Shown: positions 26,750-40,280, counted from the first letter of the stretch. The stretch is 64,000 nucleotides of DNA from Eledone cirrhosa (GCA_964016885.1 CAXHJY010001173.1:62001-126000), one strand, 5' to 3'. Notes: generated by a model not told the origin, from the sequence alone. Numbers and translations are program-made.

Positions 26750-28070
26750 TTAGATGAGTTCTACCTGTTGTGGGCAATTCCAGGACAGGTGACCCTATCC
26801 TGCTCATATAGAACTGTTTCTGGCTAGATTTCTACACGCTGAATGCCTTTCCTAAGGCCAACCAAATTTACAGTATGGACTGGGTGCTTTTTGACATGTC
26901 ACCTACATGACCACTTTACAGTGTGGACTGGGTACTTTTTTTCATGATGCTTACATGACTACATTAACTGCAGGCTGGATGCTTTTTGTTGTGTCACCTA
27001 CGTAACCATTTTACAGTGTGTACTGAGTGCTTTTTGTCATGACACCTACATGACCACTTTACAGTGTATACTGGGTACTTTTTGTTGTGACACCTACATG
27101 ACCACTTTACAGTGTGTACTGGGTACTTTTTGTTGTGACACCTACATGACCACTCTACAGTGTGTACTGAGTGCTTTTTGTTGTGACACCTACATGACCA
27201 CTTTACAGTGTATACTGGGTACTTTTTGTTGTGACACCTACATGACCACTTTACAGTATGTACTGGGTACTTTTTGTTGTGACACCTACATGACCACTTT
27301 ACAGTGTGTATTGGGTACTTTTTGTTGTGACACCTACATGACCACTCTACAGTGTGTACTGAGTGCTTTTTGTCATGACACCTACATGACCACTTTACAG
27401 TGTATACTGGGTACTTTTTGTTGTGACACCTACATGACCACTTTACAGTGTGTACTGGGTGCTTTTTGTTGTGACACCTACATGACCACTTTACAGTGTG
27501 TACTGGGTACTTTTTGTTGTGACACCTACATGACCACTCTACAGTGTGTACTGGGTACTTTTTGTTGTGACACCTACATGACCACTTTACAGTGTGTACT
27601 GGGTACTTTTTGTTGTGACACCTACATGACCACTCTACAGTGTGTACTGGGTACTTTTTGTTGTGACACCTACATGACCACTCTACAGTGTGTACTGGGT
27701 ACTTTTTGTTGTGACACCTACATGACCACTTTACAGTGTGTACTGGGTGCTTTTTGTTGTGACACCTACATGACCACTTTACAGTGTGTACTGGGTGCTT
27801 TTTGTTGTGACACCTACATGACCACTTTACAGTGTGGGCTGGGTGCTTTTTGTTGGGACACCTACATGACCACTTTACAGTGTGTACTGGGTACTTTGTG
27901 TTGTGACACCTACATGACCACTTTACAGTGTGGGCTGGGTGCTTTTTGTTGGGACACCTACATGACCACTTTACAGTGTGGGCTGGGTGCTTTTTGTTGG
28001 GACACCTACATGACCACTTTACAGTGTGTACTGGGTACTTTGTGTTGTGACACCTACATGACCACTTTAC
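26750..28070 (-). repeat. 48-bp minisatellite (~24 units) expanded inside an RTE 3' UTR copy
   Basis: Unit gacacctacatgaccactttacagtgtgtactgggtactttttgttgt. 26764-26895 matches 15065-15195. Confidence 0.9.
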
Positions 28071-28193
28071 ATCTATATATATAACCCAGGATGGATTCAG
28101 TTTGAAACTCATTAGACCATTACTCAATACTTGGGGTAGTAGAGTGTGGTTATATTATAAATAGTCAGGACCTGGGGTACTTATTCTTTATAT

Positions 28194-28224
<31 letters not shown>

Positions 28225-28399
28225 GTAAATGTGATTGGTGTTAGGAAGGGTATCCAGCTGTGTAAAACCTGCCCAAATTTACAGTCCCATTAGAATAAGG
28301 CATGGCATGGCCAATCATAGCCAGATTTGTCTCTCGATGCAGACGACTTGTCTGACCCATGCAAACATGGAAAAATGGACGTTAAATGGTGATGATAAT

Positions 28400-28793
28400 A
28401 TCCTACCATTCCTCATTAAGAATATTGTTTGTGCCTGTACTGTCACCACTTCTATCAGCTCCAAAACCTATATTGGTTCTACTTCAAATAGTTTTAAGAT
28501 AATATAATTCTCATCTTCATACTTTCAAAAATTCTAAGCTTAAACATGCTACCTGATTATTTAGTTTTATATCATATTTGAAGAACAATAATACACCTTA
28601 GACCTTGACCTGGAAGGTGATTGCCAAAACTTCATCCTATAAATCTCCCAATAAAATGTTTAACCTTTCCCTTCTTGTGTTTCATATCATTATTTACTCT
28701 AAACTAAATTTATTAAATAGAAAATCTGAAATCATTTCCACTTGTCCTCATATAAATCTCCATTCGTTTCACTATTTTAGACCTATTAACTAA
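28400..28793 (+). pseudogene. Decayed PLE GIY-YIG endonuclease
   Basis: KNIVCACTVTT..KTYIGSTSNSFK; TWKVIAK..Y; LLNRKSEIISTCPH. Confidence 0.8.
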
Positions 28794-29017
28794 TTTATAT
28801 CAATGTAGATTTTATACCTTATTTTTTTCAGTACCACTAGTATCACTGTATAATAATTATTTAAATGCACTGTTAAACCTAAAAGTTTATAATATGTTTA
28901 ACTACTATATAGTGTCTAACAATCTTTACACATCCCCTCTCAGATCCCTTCTATAACCACTACATCACATTTAGGCAACTTAATATTACATTGTTTCCAT
29001 ACCTTATTTCACAAGCC

Positions 29018-29329
29018 TCACTTATCCTTACTTACCGAGCCAAGGATGACGTCGGGGCCGACGGAGTTGAAAGCATTCCTGAGGTCAAGTTTGGGGGAGG
29101 ACAGAGAAGAGGGGAGACAGACAGCCCCTTTAATGTCAAATTCGCTGAATTTGGCATTGACCACTTGTTTGATCTTTATCGGTTGTCTGCTGGTGGACAC
29201 CGAGCTCGATGTCAAACTGAGGTGAGAAGTGGTTGGGGTGGACTCAAACAGCTGGAACTGCTGCTTGAGAGAGGACGTGAGGCAACCCGAATTTGCATTG
29301 TGCACGTGAAGAGAGATGAGGGGTAACAA
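29018..29329 (-). pseudogene. Internally deleted non-LTR retrotransposon fragment, CRE-like RT
   Basis: VNAKFSEFDIKGAV and KLDLRNAFNSV..D.IL resemble motifs of CRE-type elements that normally lie far apart. Confidence 0.5.
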
Positions 29330-29808
29330 AAATAATTTCTACCAGTCAGACCCATTGTTGGACGAGCAAACGTTTTTATATTTGTGTTTGACTTTTGTTA
29401 TTAACTCTGTTTATTCCGACCTTGTGCTAGGATGAAACTATCGTAAGTAATTAATTACTCTTTGATTATCATTTACATTGTATATATATATATACATATA
29501 TGTATAGTAATAATAATAAAATTGAAGACTAAAATCCAAAGAGGACTCGATAAGGAAAATATATATCAAATATATAAGAACCGTAGAGCAAATCTGTTAT
29601 TTTAATAAATACATATATGTATATATACATACATATATATATATGTACATATACATGCATTATTTTTTTTACATCATTTCAAAAAAAAAAAAAAAAAATT
29701 ATATATATATATATATATATTTATATATACATATATGATATATATACATGTATATATATATATATATACATACACATACTTATGTGATATATATACGTTA
29801 TATATATA

Positions 29809-30928
29809 CAGTGGTACCTCGCAGTAAAAGTTTAATTCGTTCCATAACCGAGCTCGATTTATGATTTACTTGTTTTACAAATAAATTTTCAAATTTGAAA
29901 TTAACTAAAATATAAATAATCAGTTCCAGCCCCCCCCCCCCCCCAATCATATTTTATGGGTTTTAAAACAGAAAAAGGGCAGTTACAAGGGAAATGGCAA
30001 TTATAAAAACATAATAAAAGAGAATACAAAAGAAATATGTAAACAGGCTTTATTAATTTAATTACGTTACCCAGGGCGGTGGATTGGCAGTATCGGTAGA
30101 GGGTCGGATGCCATGCTTTCCAGCATAGTTACGTCCCTTTACGATCTGAGTTCAAATCCCGCCGAGGTTGACTTTGCCTTTCATCCTTACAAGGGTCGAT
30201 AAAATAAAGTACCAGTAATGTACTGGCCTTGTGCCAAAAGTAGAAACAATTAATTTAATTACCTTAAAGATGGGAAGATATGTGCATGAGGAAGACGATG
30301 GAGCGTGGAGGTTATTGTTTGGAAGGAGAATGTTCCTCCATTAAGACTTCAGGAACAATAATTTCGGACATTTTCTCTCTCACTTAATTTAGGCTTTTTG
30401 GACACACTTCCTTGACTTTCCACCCTTGCAGGTCATTTCATTAGAAACATATCAAGAGAAGTTTTTTTTTTTCCTGCCTTTCAAAATGTTACGAAAATGC
30501 GCCAGAGCAGTGCCATTAAATAAAGCAGCTGCACGACCTGTAGATACTTTTTTAGGATGATTTTTTTTCTACAAATTCAGCCACATCCTGCCACATTGTC
30601 AACACTGCCTTTATATCCTCCTCCAGGGAACCAATCTCTTCCACTAATTATTATAAAATAATAGTAAAAAAATGCACACAGCTAAAAAAAAAAAAAACCC
30701 TGGAAAAACAGAACAGAGGTGCTGCCACAATGAGATTAACACGTAAGTGGAGGCTGCACTTGTTGGGAGAACAAATGCGAGCTCAGCGCCGACTAGTGGT
30801 CACTTGCATGACACTCGCTCGTACTGCGGACTTCCAATCATACTACAGGACAAAAATTCACATGAACCTCGGCTTGTACAGCAAATTACTGGTACAATGG
30901 GGAGTACTTATACTGCAAGGTTCAACTG
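29809..30928 (-). mobile_element. Tigger/pogo-like (Tc1/mariner) deletion derivative with nested SINE
   Basis: TIRs cagtggtacctcgcagta (29809-29826) and tactgcaaggttcaactg (30911-30928), 15/18 match, TA on the left. Minus-strand remnant AHFRNILKGRKK.TSLDMFL…SPSKQ*. Confidence 0.8.
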
Positions 30929-32517
30929 TGTCACTAATGATCAGAAAAAAGAGGCCTGGAAATGTCATTATGAGAGACTGATTAATGTGGAGAACGAATT
31001 GAGAGAGAGAGAAACTACCCCCAGTAGACCTGACAGAGGGACCAGCTATTGAGATTGACGAATATAGGGTCAAAGAGGCAATTAAGGATATGAAAAATGG
31101 TAAGGTTGCTGGACCGTCGGGGATAGTTGCTGAGATGCTGAAGGCATCAGGAGAAGTAGGCACTAAACTGGTTGCACGCATCATCAATCAAGCTATATAT
31201 GGTGGTGTCACACCCAAAGACTGGTGCAGCAGTATTCTCATAAATTGCTACAAAGGTAAAGAGGATGCTCTGGAGAGGAGCAATTATTGGGGCATAAAAC
31301 TGATGGATCACATTATGAAAGTGGCAGAAAGAATATTAGCACAACTAATTAGAGAAAGGGTCAAATTAGATGAGATACAGTTTGGTTTTGTGTCTGGTAA
31401 AAGTACAACAGATGCCCTCTTCTTAGTAAGACAATTACAAGAGAGGTTCTTAGAGAAGAATAAGCCACTATACTTAGCTTTTGTTGACCTAGAGAAGGCC
31501 TTTGATAGGGTACCCCAATCTGTCATCTGGTGGTCCCTAAGGAAACTAGGTGTAGAGAAATGGCTTGTGAGGACACTGCAAGCTATGTACAGAGGTGCTG
31601 TCAGTAAAGTGAGGGTAGGAATGGAGTTTAGTGAGGAATTCCAGATACAAGTAGTAGTACATCCAGGTTTGGTCCTTAGTCCGCTTTTGTTCATTATAGT
31701 TCTCCAAGCCATAACAGAGGAACTTCTCTATGCTGATGATCTGGTTCTTATAGCAGAGCTAGAGAATAAATTTGGGCTATTGAAAGAGCAGTTGGAATCA
31801 AGAGGACTAAGAGTGAACCTAACAAAGACAGGTATTGATAAGTAGAAGAGAGGACAATACTTTTCAAATGCAGGTAGGTTCTATAGAAGTGGTTGATAGC
31901 TTCCGATACCTAGGTGATCAAATTAGCATGGGAGGGGGTGTTCCGAGGCCATAGTATCTAGAATAAGGATGAGTTGGAAGAAGTTTAGGGAGCTGCTTCC
32001 TCTGTTGACAGAGAAGGGTTTCTCCCTGCGTACGAAAGGCCAGTTATATGATGCCTGTGTTAGATGCGCGATGTTGCATGGTAGTGAGACATGGACAGCA
32101 ACTGCAGAAGATATGCAACGGCTGGAGAGAAATGAAGCAAGCATGCTCCGTTGGATGTGTAATGTCAATGTGCATGAATGACCAGGCATAGATGAGTTGA
32201 GAGAGAAACTGTGTATAAGAGGGATAAGTTGTGGTGTGCCGGAGAGAAGACTGCGATGGTATGGACATGTGATGTGCATGGAGGATGACCGCTGGGTAAA
32301 GAAGTGCCAAGAAATCCCAGTAGAAAGAAGATGCAGTAGAGGAAGACCACAAAAAACATGGGTGGAGGTGGTGAGAGCAGACCTCAGATCGCTGAAGCTC
32401 ACGGAGGAGATGACGAAGGACCGTGACAAGTGGAGAGATGCTGCGTTGAATAGGACCCATCCCACCCTTGCAAGCAGGGAAAAGTGGACGTAAAATGATG
32501 ATGATGATGATGATGAT
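30929..32517 (+). mobile_element. 5'-truncated RTE LINE (RT and C-terminus, decayed) with (ATG)n tail
   Basis: ORFs 31090-31845, 31969-32181 and 32197-32493 with RT motifs. Lacks the Cys-rich insert seen at 8350-8560. Confidence 0.95.
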
Positions 32518-33186
32518 ATATATCAAGTTTAATATAGAAATGGCCACTACAAGACTAGAACTGTTTCATTACAAATAATCATGAAAGCCAGCTGTCACCG
32601 CAGGATCATCTGAAACTCTTATCCAGCGTTCTTTGTATTTTAGTCTTTGTTTTAATCATTACGATATAATATATATATGTGTGTGTGAGTGAGTGAGTGT
32701 GTGTGTGTGTGTGTGTCTTTGTGTGTGTGTGGGAGTATTAAATTTACTACCAAAATCCTCATAGTGGTAATAATAGTGATGACAATGATGGTGATGATGA
32801 TAACCACAACGATGGTGATGATATGACTGGAGCGGAATAATTTCTGTTAAAATTCCTTTACCATATGGAGTATGTCTGTTCCCTGCTGGTTTATATCTGG
32901 TCTCTCAAAGATAATCAATATTTACAAGTAGAAAGAAATGGCTGGAAAGGTGGAACACAGATTGAAGATCTCCGGCAAGGAGTGAACAGGCAAACAGTGT
33001 AGCTTGGCTGGGTTGGTGGGGGGCGGCGGGCAAGACTAACAGAATAGTATAATTATTGATAGAGGTAGGGAGAGAGGAAGAATGCAGGTAGACAGGTGGA
33101 CCAAGGAAGAAGTAGAGAAATGGATGAAGGAAAGAAGCTGAAAGACTAAGGAAAAAAAAACAGAAAGAGAGAAAGAAGGTGAGAGT

Positions 33187-33264
<78 letters not shown>

Positions 33265-33844
33265 TGAGGGAGAGAGAGAGAGTGATGGGAGAGAGAGAGA
33301 GAATGAGGGAGAGACAGAGAGTAATGGGAGAGAGAGTGAGTGAGGAAGAGAGAGTGTGTGATGGGAGAGAGAGAGAGGGGGGGGGAGATAGTGAGAAAGT
33401 AGAGCAAAGGAATGGAGAGTAGGCAGAGAGAGTGAGATAAATAGAAACAAATAACTGGACTGACAGACAGACATAGTCATACTGACAATCTGTTAGATAG
33501 AGTAACAGTCAGTTAGTCAGACAGAGGGACAGTCAGACAACTGGACTGACAGACAGTCAGATAGACAGACAGTCAGTCAGGCAGATAGACAATCAGCAGT
33601 ATATAAATTAAAAGGTATTAAACTGTGTGTGATCTTATAAAAGTGGGGATATATATATATATTAATTGTTTCTACTTTAGGCACAAGGCCAGCAATTACC
33701 CAACGCATTACTGGTACTTTATTTTATCGATCCCGTAAGGATGAAAGGCAAAGTCAACCTCGGCGGGATTTGAACTCAGATCGTAAAGGGACATATCTAT
33801 GCTGGAAAGCTTGGCGTCCGACCCTCTACCGATATTGCCAATCC

Positions 33845-34270
33845 ATTAATAAAAGTAATTCCAACTTTGTCTGATTTACTCGTTTTATTTAGAATCCTTT
33901 AAAATTATAATGATATCATAATGAAATAGTATGGTAGAATATTAAATGTTAAGTGTTAATTGAACAAGTACTTTCATGCTTTCGCAATCTTCAGGTTCAT
34001 AATGTGTGGTGACAGTCAAGTTTGCAATTTTCAACTGTTGAAAATTGCAAACTCGACTGTCACCACATATCATGAACCTGAAGATTGCGAAAGCATGAAA
34101 GTACTTGTTCAATTAACACTTAACATTTAATATTCTACCATACTATTTCATTATAATACCATTATAATTTTAAAGGATTGTAAATAAAACGAGTAAATCA
34201 GACAAAGTTGGAATTCCTTTTATTAATATAATCTTCTATACACAATCATACATACGTGTTTATTCATTTA
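33845..34270. mobile_element. Palindromic pLTR insertion (arms 191 bp, centre 34036, tail 34228-34270) with hammerheads on both strands
   Basis: Hammerhead UGAAC-CUGAAGA-U-UGC-GAAA-GCA-U-GAAA-GUAC-UU-GUUCA at 34073-34111 (+), mirrored at 33961-33999 (-). Confidence 0.9.
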
Positions 34271-34437
34271 TATATATATATGATGATGATGATGATGATG
34301 ATGATATATATCAAGTTTAATATAGAAATGGCCACTACAAGACTAGAACTGTTTCATTACAAATAATCATGAAAGCCGAGTAATAAACGAAGCTAAATTT
34401 TAAACATTTGACTTTTTATTTAACTTTATTTTATATA

Positions 34438-34485
<48 letters not shown>

Positions 34486-34697
34486 TAAAAAAATAATGAA
34501 TAAACAAAGAAACAGTTCCTTATATTAAACAAAAAAAGTTCATTATTTTACGATCGTTTCTAGGACATATATGTGTTAGAATTGGTATGCATATTCAAAA
34601 GATCTATGTACAAAATTATACAAACTATCAAAGAGAATATACATACCTTCACATATATATGCTGTCTTCAGAAATAATTATATATATATATATATAT

Positions 34698-35309
34698 GTA
34701 AAAGTTCTATTTAAATTGTTGGGATACAACAAGCAAATATTTTTATAACTGATATAAAGCACTCAACAAATATTTGGAGTAAAAACGTTCTCTCTCCTTT
34801 CTATGTCTCCTCTCTCTCTATCTTTTGCTCTCTGTTGTTCTGCTCTTTCTCTTTCTCCGTAACCCAACGGCTTATTTAAAAATATCCAATACTAACTTAC
34901 CTAATAATTGTTTCTACTTTAGGCACAAGGCCAGCAATTACCCAGTGCATTACTGGTACTTTATTTTATCGACCCTGTAAGGATGAAAGGCAAAGTCAAC
35001 CTCGGCGGGATTTGAACTCAGATCGTAAAGGGACGTAACTATGCTGGAAAGCATGGCGTCCGACCCTCTACCGATACTGCCAATCCACCGCCCTTACCTA
35101 ATAATATAAGTAAAGCTATAACCCAACTATCCACGAGCTTCCAACAGCAATGGTTGCATTCTTTAAGGGTATGTCAATATTTATTTATAAAACTGTTCTA
35201 TATTATATTTTATCTGATGAAAGCACACCATAATTTAACTTGGTGTCCTTGAAATATGTATAATGAAATAAATATGGTTTTATAAATATAGTTTCCATTT
35301 GTTAATATC

Positions 35310-35312
<3 letters not shown>
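34698..35312. mobile_element. PLE family A insertion: tail only (-) joined to an inverted pLTR (+) with hammerhead 35208-35268; SINE nested at 34905-35093
   Basis: Matches 59449-59910 in two opposite orientations. Confidence 0.85.
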
Positions 35313-35372
<60 letters not shown>

Positions 35373-35389
35373 TATATGTATATATATAT

Positions 35390-36030
35390 ACTAGCTGAAT
35401 TACCCGCGCCTTGCTGCGTTTCAGACATTTTTTTGTAAGAAAATGACGATTGATTTTAAATCAGTGATATAATTTATGGAGAAAAACTCTGCATTTCAAT
35501 ATTACTCAATGTAAAATGTAATGCATGAAAAATTGGAAAACATTATTTTTTGTAATATATCAAATCAAAATTACATTATTAAATCTTATTCTTATTTTGT
35601 TTTTTTGTAAATAATTTTTTTAAAAATATCAATTCAAAACTTTTGTGAATAGGCATCATATCTTGTCATTTACCTATGGTTTAAATTTCATATAAATCGA
35701 AGGGGAAAAATTTTCAGTGGGGGTTTGTGCTCCCAGGGGAACCCTAATAGAGGGTTTAACCCCCTATTAGGGTGGCTTAATATTATTGAAATTTTGTGAC
35801 TAGGCATCATATTTTGTCATTTACCTATGTTTTAAATTTCATATAAATCGAAGGGAAGAAGTTTTCAGTTTGGGTCTTGTGCCCTCGAGGTACCCAGTGT
35901 TTGAAATGAAATATACTTATCCAAGTACCCTGGGAAATGTATTTTCAGAATATATATGGTTATGGGGGTCTATCTCCCAAACCATAGGAGGAGTTTGTGA
36001 ACAAACAAACAGACAGGAATACAACTTTAT
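35390..36030 (+). mobile_element. Non-autonomous Helitron/Lep1-like repeat
   Basis: Starts actagctgaattacccgcgccttgctgcg, has an internal duplication (~35650/35800) and ends ggagtt..(acaa)n..aactttata. Confidence 0.5.
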
Positions 36031-36107
<77 letters not shown>

Positions 36108-36122
36108 CACATATATATATAT

Positions 36123-36167
<45 letters not shown>

Positions 36168-36186
36168 TATATATATATATATACAC

Positions 36187-36249
<63 letters not shown>

Positions 36250-36254
36250 CACAC

Positions 36255-36599
36255 ATCATCATCATCATCATTTCATTTTACGTCTGCTTTTCCCTGCTTG
36301 CAAGGGTGGGACGGGAACTGATACTGGGTTGATTTCTACAGCTGGATGCCCTTCCTAACACCAACCTCATTTACAGTGAGTGCTGGGTGCTTTTTTGCCA
36401 TGGCACCTCCACGGCCACTTTGCAGTGGAATGATAGGGACCCCAGTCCCTATTATCTCATTTCTACAGCTGAGTAAACTGGAGCAATGTGAAATAAAGTG
36501 TCTTGCTTAAGGAAACAACACATCACCCGGTCTGAGAATTGAACTCACAACCTTTCGATTGCAAGGCCAATGCTCTAACCACTAAGCCATGTGCCTCCA
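36255..36599 (-). mobile_element. Full-length tRNA/V-like SINE
   Basis: Reverse complement of 25922-26272. Confidence 0.9.
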
Positions 36600-36729
36600 T
36601 ACATTGATTATTCTCTCATTGAGTGCATTGTCACAACCTTCAAAAATTGATTGTAAACCTGTTATTCGCAGCTGCAACTTTGGTTATACTCATTATACAT
36701 ATATATAAATATATATATATATATATATG

Positions 36730-36897
36730 CCGTATTTCCCGGCGCCGAAAATACTTCGTTCTCGAGGACACACCCAAATTTTGACAACCAAAAATTTGAA
36801 AAAAAATAATGAACAACCTTTGCCCTCCAGGACGCATGGTAGATTTTTGACACTTATTTTAGGAAAAAAGTAGTGTCTTCAACGCCGTGAAGTATGG
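36730..36897. mobile_element. Tc2/pogo-like MITE
   Basis: Imperfect TIRs ccgtatttcccggcg / cgccgtgaagtatgg in TA context. Confidence 0.6.
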
Positions 36898-36971
36898 TAT
36901 GTAAATATATATATATATAAATACACACATGCACACACATACACACACACACACACATATATATATATACA

Positions 36972-39280
36972 TTCTTGGACGAGAATGCGAGCACTCCTCA
37001 TTGTTTCGACCGCAGACGGCTAACATAACCCCATCGCCCCCCGCCCCCCACCGCCCCCAACCCCCAAACGCAATCCAAAACTTCAGAGTTGGTACCATAA
37101 ATGTAGGCACCCTAAAGGGTCGCGCTAACGAGGTTGTAGAAATGCTTGAACGTAAGGAGGTCGATGTTTGTTGTATTCAAGAGACCAGGTGGAGGGGTGG
37201 GTCTGCTAGGTTCATTGAGGGTAAAAAACGATGTTATAAGCTTTTCTGGGTGGGAAACGACGATGGGCTGGGTGGAGTAGGAATCATGGTAGCAGAAAAG
37301 TGGGCAGATAAGATAATAGACGTAAATAGAGTGAACGACAGAATAATTAAAATAAGACTTGTCCTCAATAGAACTACGGTGACAGTAATATCTGCGTACG
37401 CACCCCAATCCGGACTGCCCGGCACTATAAAAGACAGATTCTATGAGACACTGATGCTAACTACCTCCCAAATAACCGACAGTGACTATATAATTATCGC
37501 AGGCGACCTAAATGGTCACGTTGGACAACATTGTGACGGCTACGACGAAATCCATGGAGGCTATGGGTTTGGTACTAGAAATGAGGAAGGCTCCAGAATC
37601 CTGGAATTCTGTGATGCAAATAACCTAACTATCTGTAACACTAACTTCAAAAAACGTGACAATCACCTGATCACCTATAGATCCGGGGAACACACAAGCC
37701 AGGTAGATTATATCCTTACCAGAAGACGTGACAGAGTGTCTGTTGTAAACACTAAATCCCTCCCCCATGAAGAATGCACCTCCCAACATAGACTGATAAT
37801 TAGCGACCTCATAGTCAGGACGAGATGTACTCGACAACAGAAGAGGACTATCCTCAGGAGAAAAATATGGAAGCTAAAGGACCCCACAGCCAGGAATAAA
37901 TTTCAAAGCATATTACTTGATGCTTTCGACAGTAAGGAAGAACATTTAGAGTCGGACAATATAGAGGGACAGTGGGAATTTCTGAAAGCAAACCTGCTGT
38001 TGGCGACAGACGAAGTCTGTGGCTGGAGCAGGCCTGTAGGCAGGAGGAGAGTAACATGGTGGTGGAACAGTAAGGTGGAGGGGTCAATTAAGGCCAAAAA
38101 GCAGGCTTGGAAAGTATGGCGGGATGGGGGAAGTAGAGAGGACTATCAAGTGGCCAGGAGGGAAGCTAGGAGACAAGTGTACTTAGCAAGAAGGGAAGCT
38201 GAGGAAAGAAAGTTCAAGCATGTTCTACAACGCGATGACCAAAAACGTGAGGTGTTCAGGATTGCTAGGCAATGCGTCAAGGAAAACCGTGATATTGTCG
38301 GGGAGAAGTGTGTACTAAACGACGATGGCACACTTGCCATCACCGACGCTGATAAGAAGGTAGCTTGGAAGTGTCACTATGAAAGGCTACTAAATGAGGA
38401 GAATAATTGGGAGAAAGGCAGTCTCCCCCATATCGACCCAATAGAGGGACCAGCAGTGTTAGTCGAGGGGAGTATAATAAGTAAGGCAATCAAGGATATG
38501 AAGACGGGTAAAGCGGCTGGGCCTTCGGAAATAGTTGCTGAGATGCTGAAGGCATCTGGCACGGTGGGACACACCATGGTCACCCGCATAGTTAACCAAG
38601 TCGTACAGAATGGGGTTGTCCCGAAGGACTGGCATAGCAGCATCATCGTTAACTGTTATAAGGGTAAAGGAGACGCCCTGGATAGGAGTAACTATAGAGG
38701 CATTAAATTAATCGACCAGGTCATGAAGGTCACGGAAAAAGTAATAGCGCAACTAATCAGAGAGAGAATTGACCTAGATGAAATGCAGTTCGGGTTTGTG
38801 TCAGGCAAAAGTACCACAGACGCTCTTTTCATAGTACGACAACTACAGGAGAATTGGGATGAAGTGATAAAAGCCGACCTTACCCAATTGCACCTCTCAA
38901 AGGTGATGACACACGACCGTGACCTCTAGCGTCACACAGTAATACAGAGTACCCGACCTCCCATGAGTACAAGCCGAAACTGAAGCATATAGTCAATACG
39001 ACCACGCTCCCACTGCAAAGTGGTCGTGTAGGTGTCACGACACAGAACACCCAGCCCATACTGTAAAGTGGACATGTAGGCACCACAGAAAAAAGCACCC
39101 AGCACACACTGTAAATGAGGTTGGTGTTAGGAAGGGCATCCAGCTGTAGAAATCAAGCTAGAATCAGTTCCTGTATGAGCAAGACAAGATCAGCTGACTG
39201 GACACTGCCCACAACAGGACAACCCATCTAAACCATGCTAGCATGGAAGAATGGACGTAAAACGGTGATGATGATGATGG
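36972..39280 (+). mobile_element. RTE LINE with intact APE endonuclease, internal deletion of most of RT, C-terminus and 3' UTR
   Basis: GTINVGTL, CIQETRW, SAYAPQ, AGDLNGHVG, VDYIL, SQHR. The ORF jumps from VRQLQE to WDEVIKADL. 3' UTR 38930-39280 ends (ATG)n. Confidence 0.95.
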
Positions 39281-39361
39281 TGATATATATATATATATAT
39301 ATATACATATAAATACACACACACATATAATTATATATATACATATATAGATATATATATA

Positions 39362-39554
39362 TAGAGAGAGAAGGTGAGTAATATTATAGAACAATAAAAC
39401 TATGCATATATCAGATAAGTAGCACTCAACAGTTGGTAGAACTGGAGTATATATAATAAAGATGAAATAAAAGATGGTTATAAGAGTTCCATATATTTTG
39501 AAATACGTATAATAAAATATATGGAACTCTTATAACCATCTTTTATTTCATCTT

Positions 39555-39565
<11 letters not shown>
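39362..39565. mobile_element. Short palindromic pLTR insertion (arms 39448-39499/39514-39565, tail 39362-39447)
   Basis: The spacer gaaatacgtataat is the 3' half of a hammerhead. The tail is homologous to 56481-56566. Confidence 0.8.
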
Positions 39566-39633
<68 letters not shown>

Positions 39634-39804
39634 CAATATCGGAGAAAGCTTTTTAGCGATACTCCGGCCAAATTCCAACTCACTCAACAAACATTAGGAA
39701 ATAAGTGATTATATTCCCAATCATGCGTTCGGGGTGCTAACAAAAAGTATTGCGTGGAAAATTGGCTGTATTATTTCATATGAGACATATCGAATATATC
39801 TCTT

Positions 39805-39931
39805 CCCAGACGGACGTCTCGCTTCATTATAGGATTCCTACAATTTGGGTGAAATTATACCAATTTATGTAGGAGCTTGTATACCATCAATAGATACATA
39901 TTCAAGTGGGCTCCTGTAATTCATCAGTGGG
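39805..39931 (-). ncRNA. Type I hammerhead-like motif with ~95-nt branched stem II, in a pLTR-like insert (39630-40025)
   Basis: CCCA-CUGAUGA-AUUACAGGA…UCCUAUAAU-GAAG-CGAGACGUCC-GUC-UGGG; A15.1 replaced by G. Confidence 0.65.
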
Positions 39932-40034
39932 TGCCCCAATAATACTAATATTGATAATCTAACCAGCATCAGCATTTAGCGATAATCACTTTCTGTGCCT
40001 GAGGTATCTGTCAGGTAGCCAGTCATATATATAT

Positions 40035-40280
40035 ATTTAGTTAGTAAGTGAACAACACACTATATAACTACTCCATTACCAAAGGTTTCTGGATCACAGA
40101 CAATATTAATATACGTCTGGATCGGTCATCAGACAGAGATGCTAACATCTCTGTCTGATGACCGATCCAGAAACCTTTGCTAATGGAGTAGTTATATTTT
40201 GTGTTGTTCACTTTCTAATTAAATAGCTCTGCTCTATACATAGAGCACTCTTTTTTCCTTTGCTTTTGGAATTACCCAAC
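40035..40280. mobile_element. Palindromic pLTR insertion with hammerhead 40072-40137 (-); tail 40225-40280
   Basis: UCUGU-CUGAUGA-CC-GAUCCAGAC…GUCUGUGAUC-CA-GAAA-CCUUUG-GUA-AUGGA. The right arm has lost stem II between gatccaga direct repeats. Confidence 0.8.

Noticed and set aside
19664-28070. CRISPR-like arrays
   Set aside because: Both arrays are contiguous tandem repeats with no unique spacers, no cas genes, and a eukaryotic context.
26994-28127. Cys/His-rich repeat protein (zinc-finger-like)
   Set aside because: Arises from a 48-bp minisatellite inside an RTE 3' UTR and is open on both strands.
29403-29448. Possible decayed hammerhead (..GGAU-GAAAC-UAUC-GUA-AGU)
   Set aside because: The first core box is unrecognisable (CUGUUUA).
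32905-33600. Leu/Ser-rich ORFs and possible exon
   Set aside because: (GA)n and (GACA)n low-complexity sequence with no recognisable protein motif.
36929-38929. Active LINE or domesticated endonuclease gene
   Set aside because: The start codon lies in a microsatellite and most of RT is deleted; an intact frame is expected for a young copy, and there is no evidence of host function.
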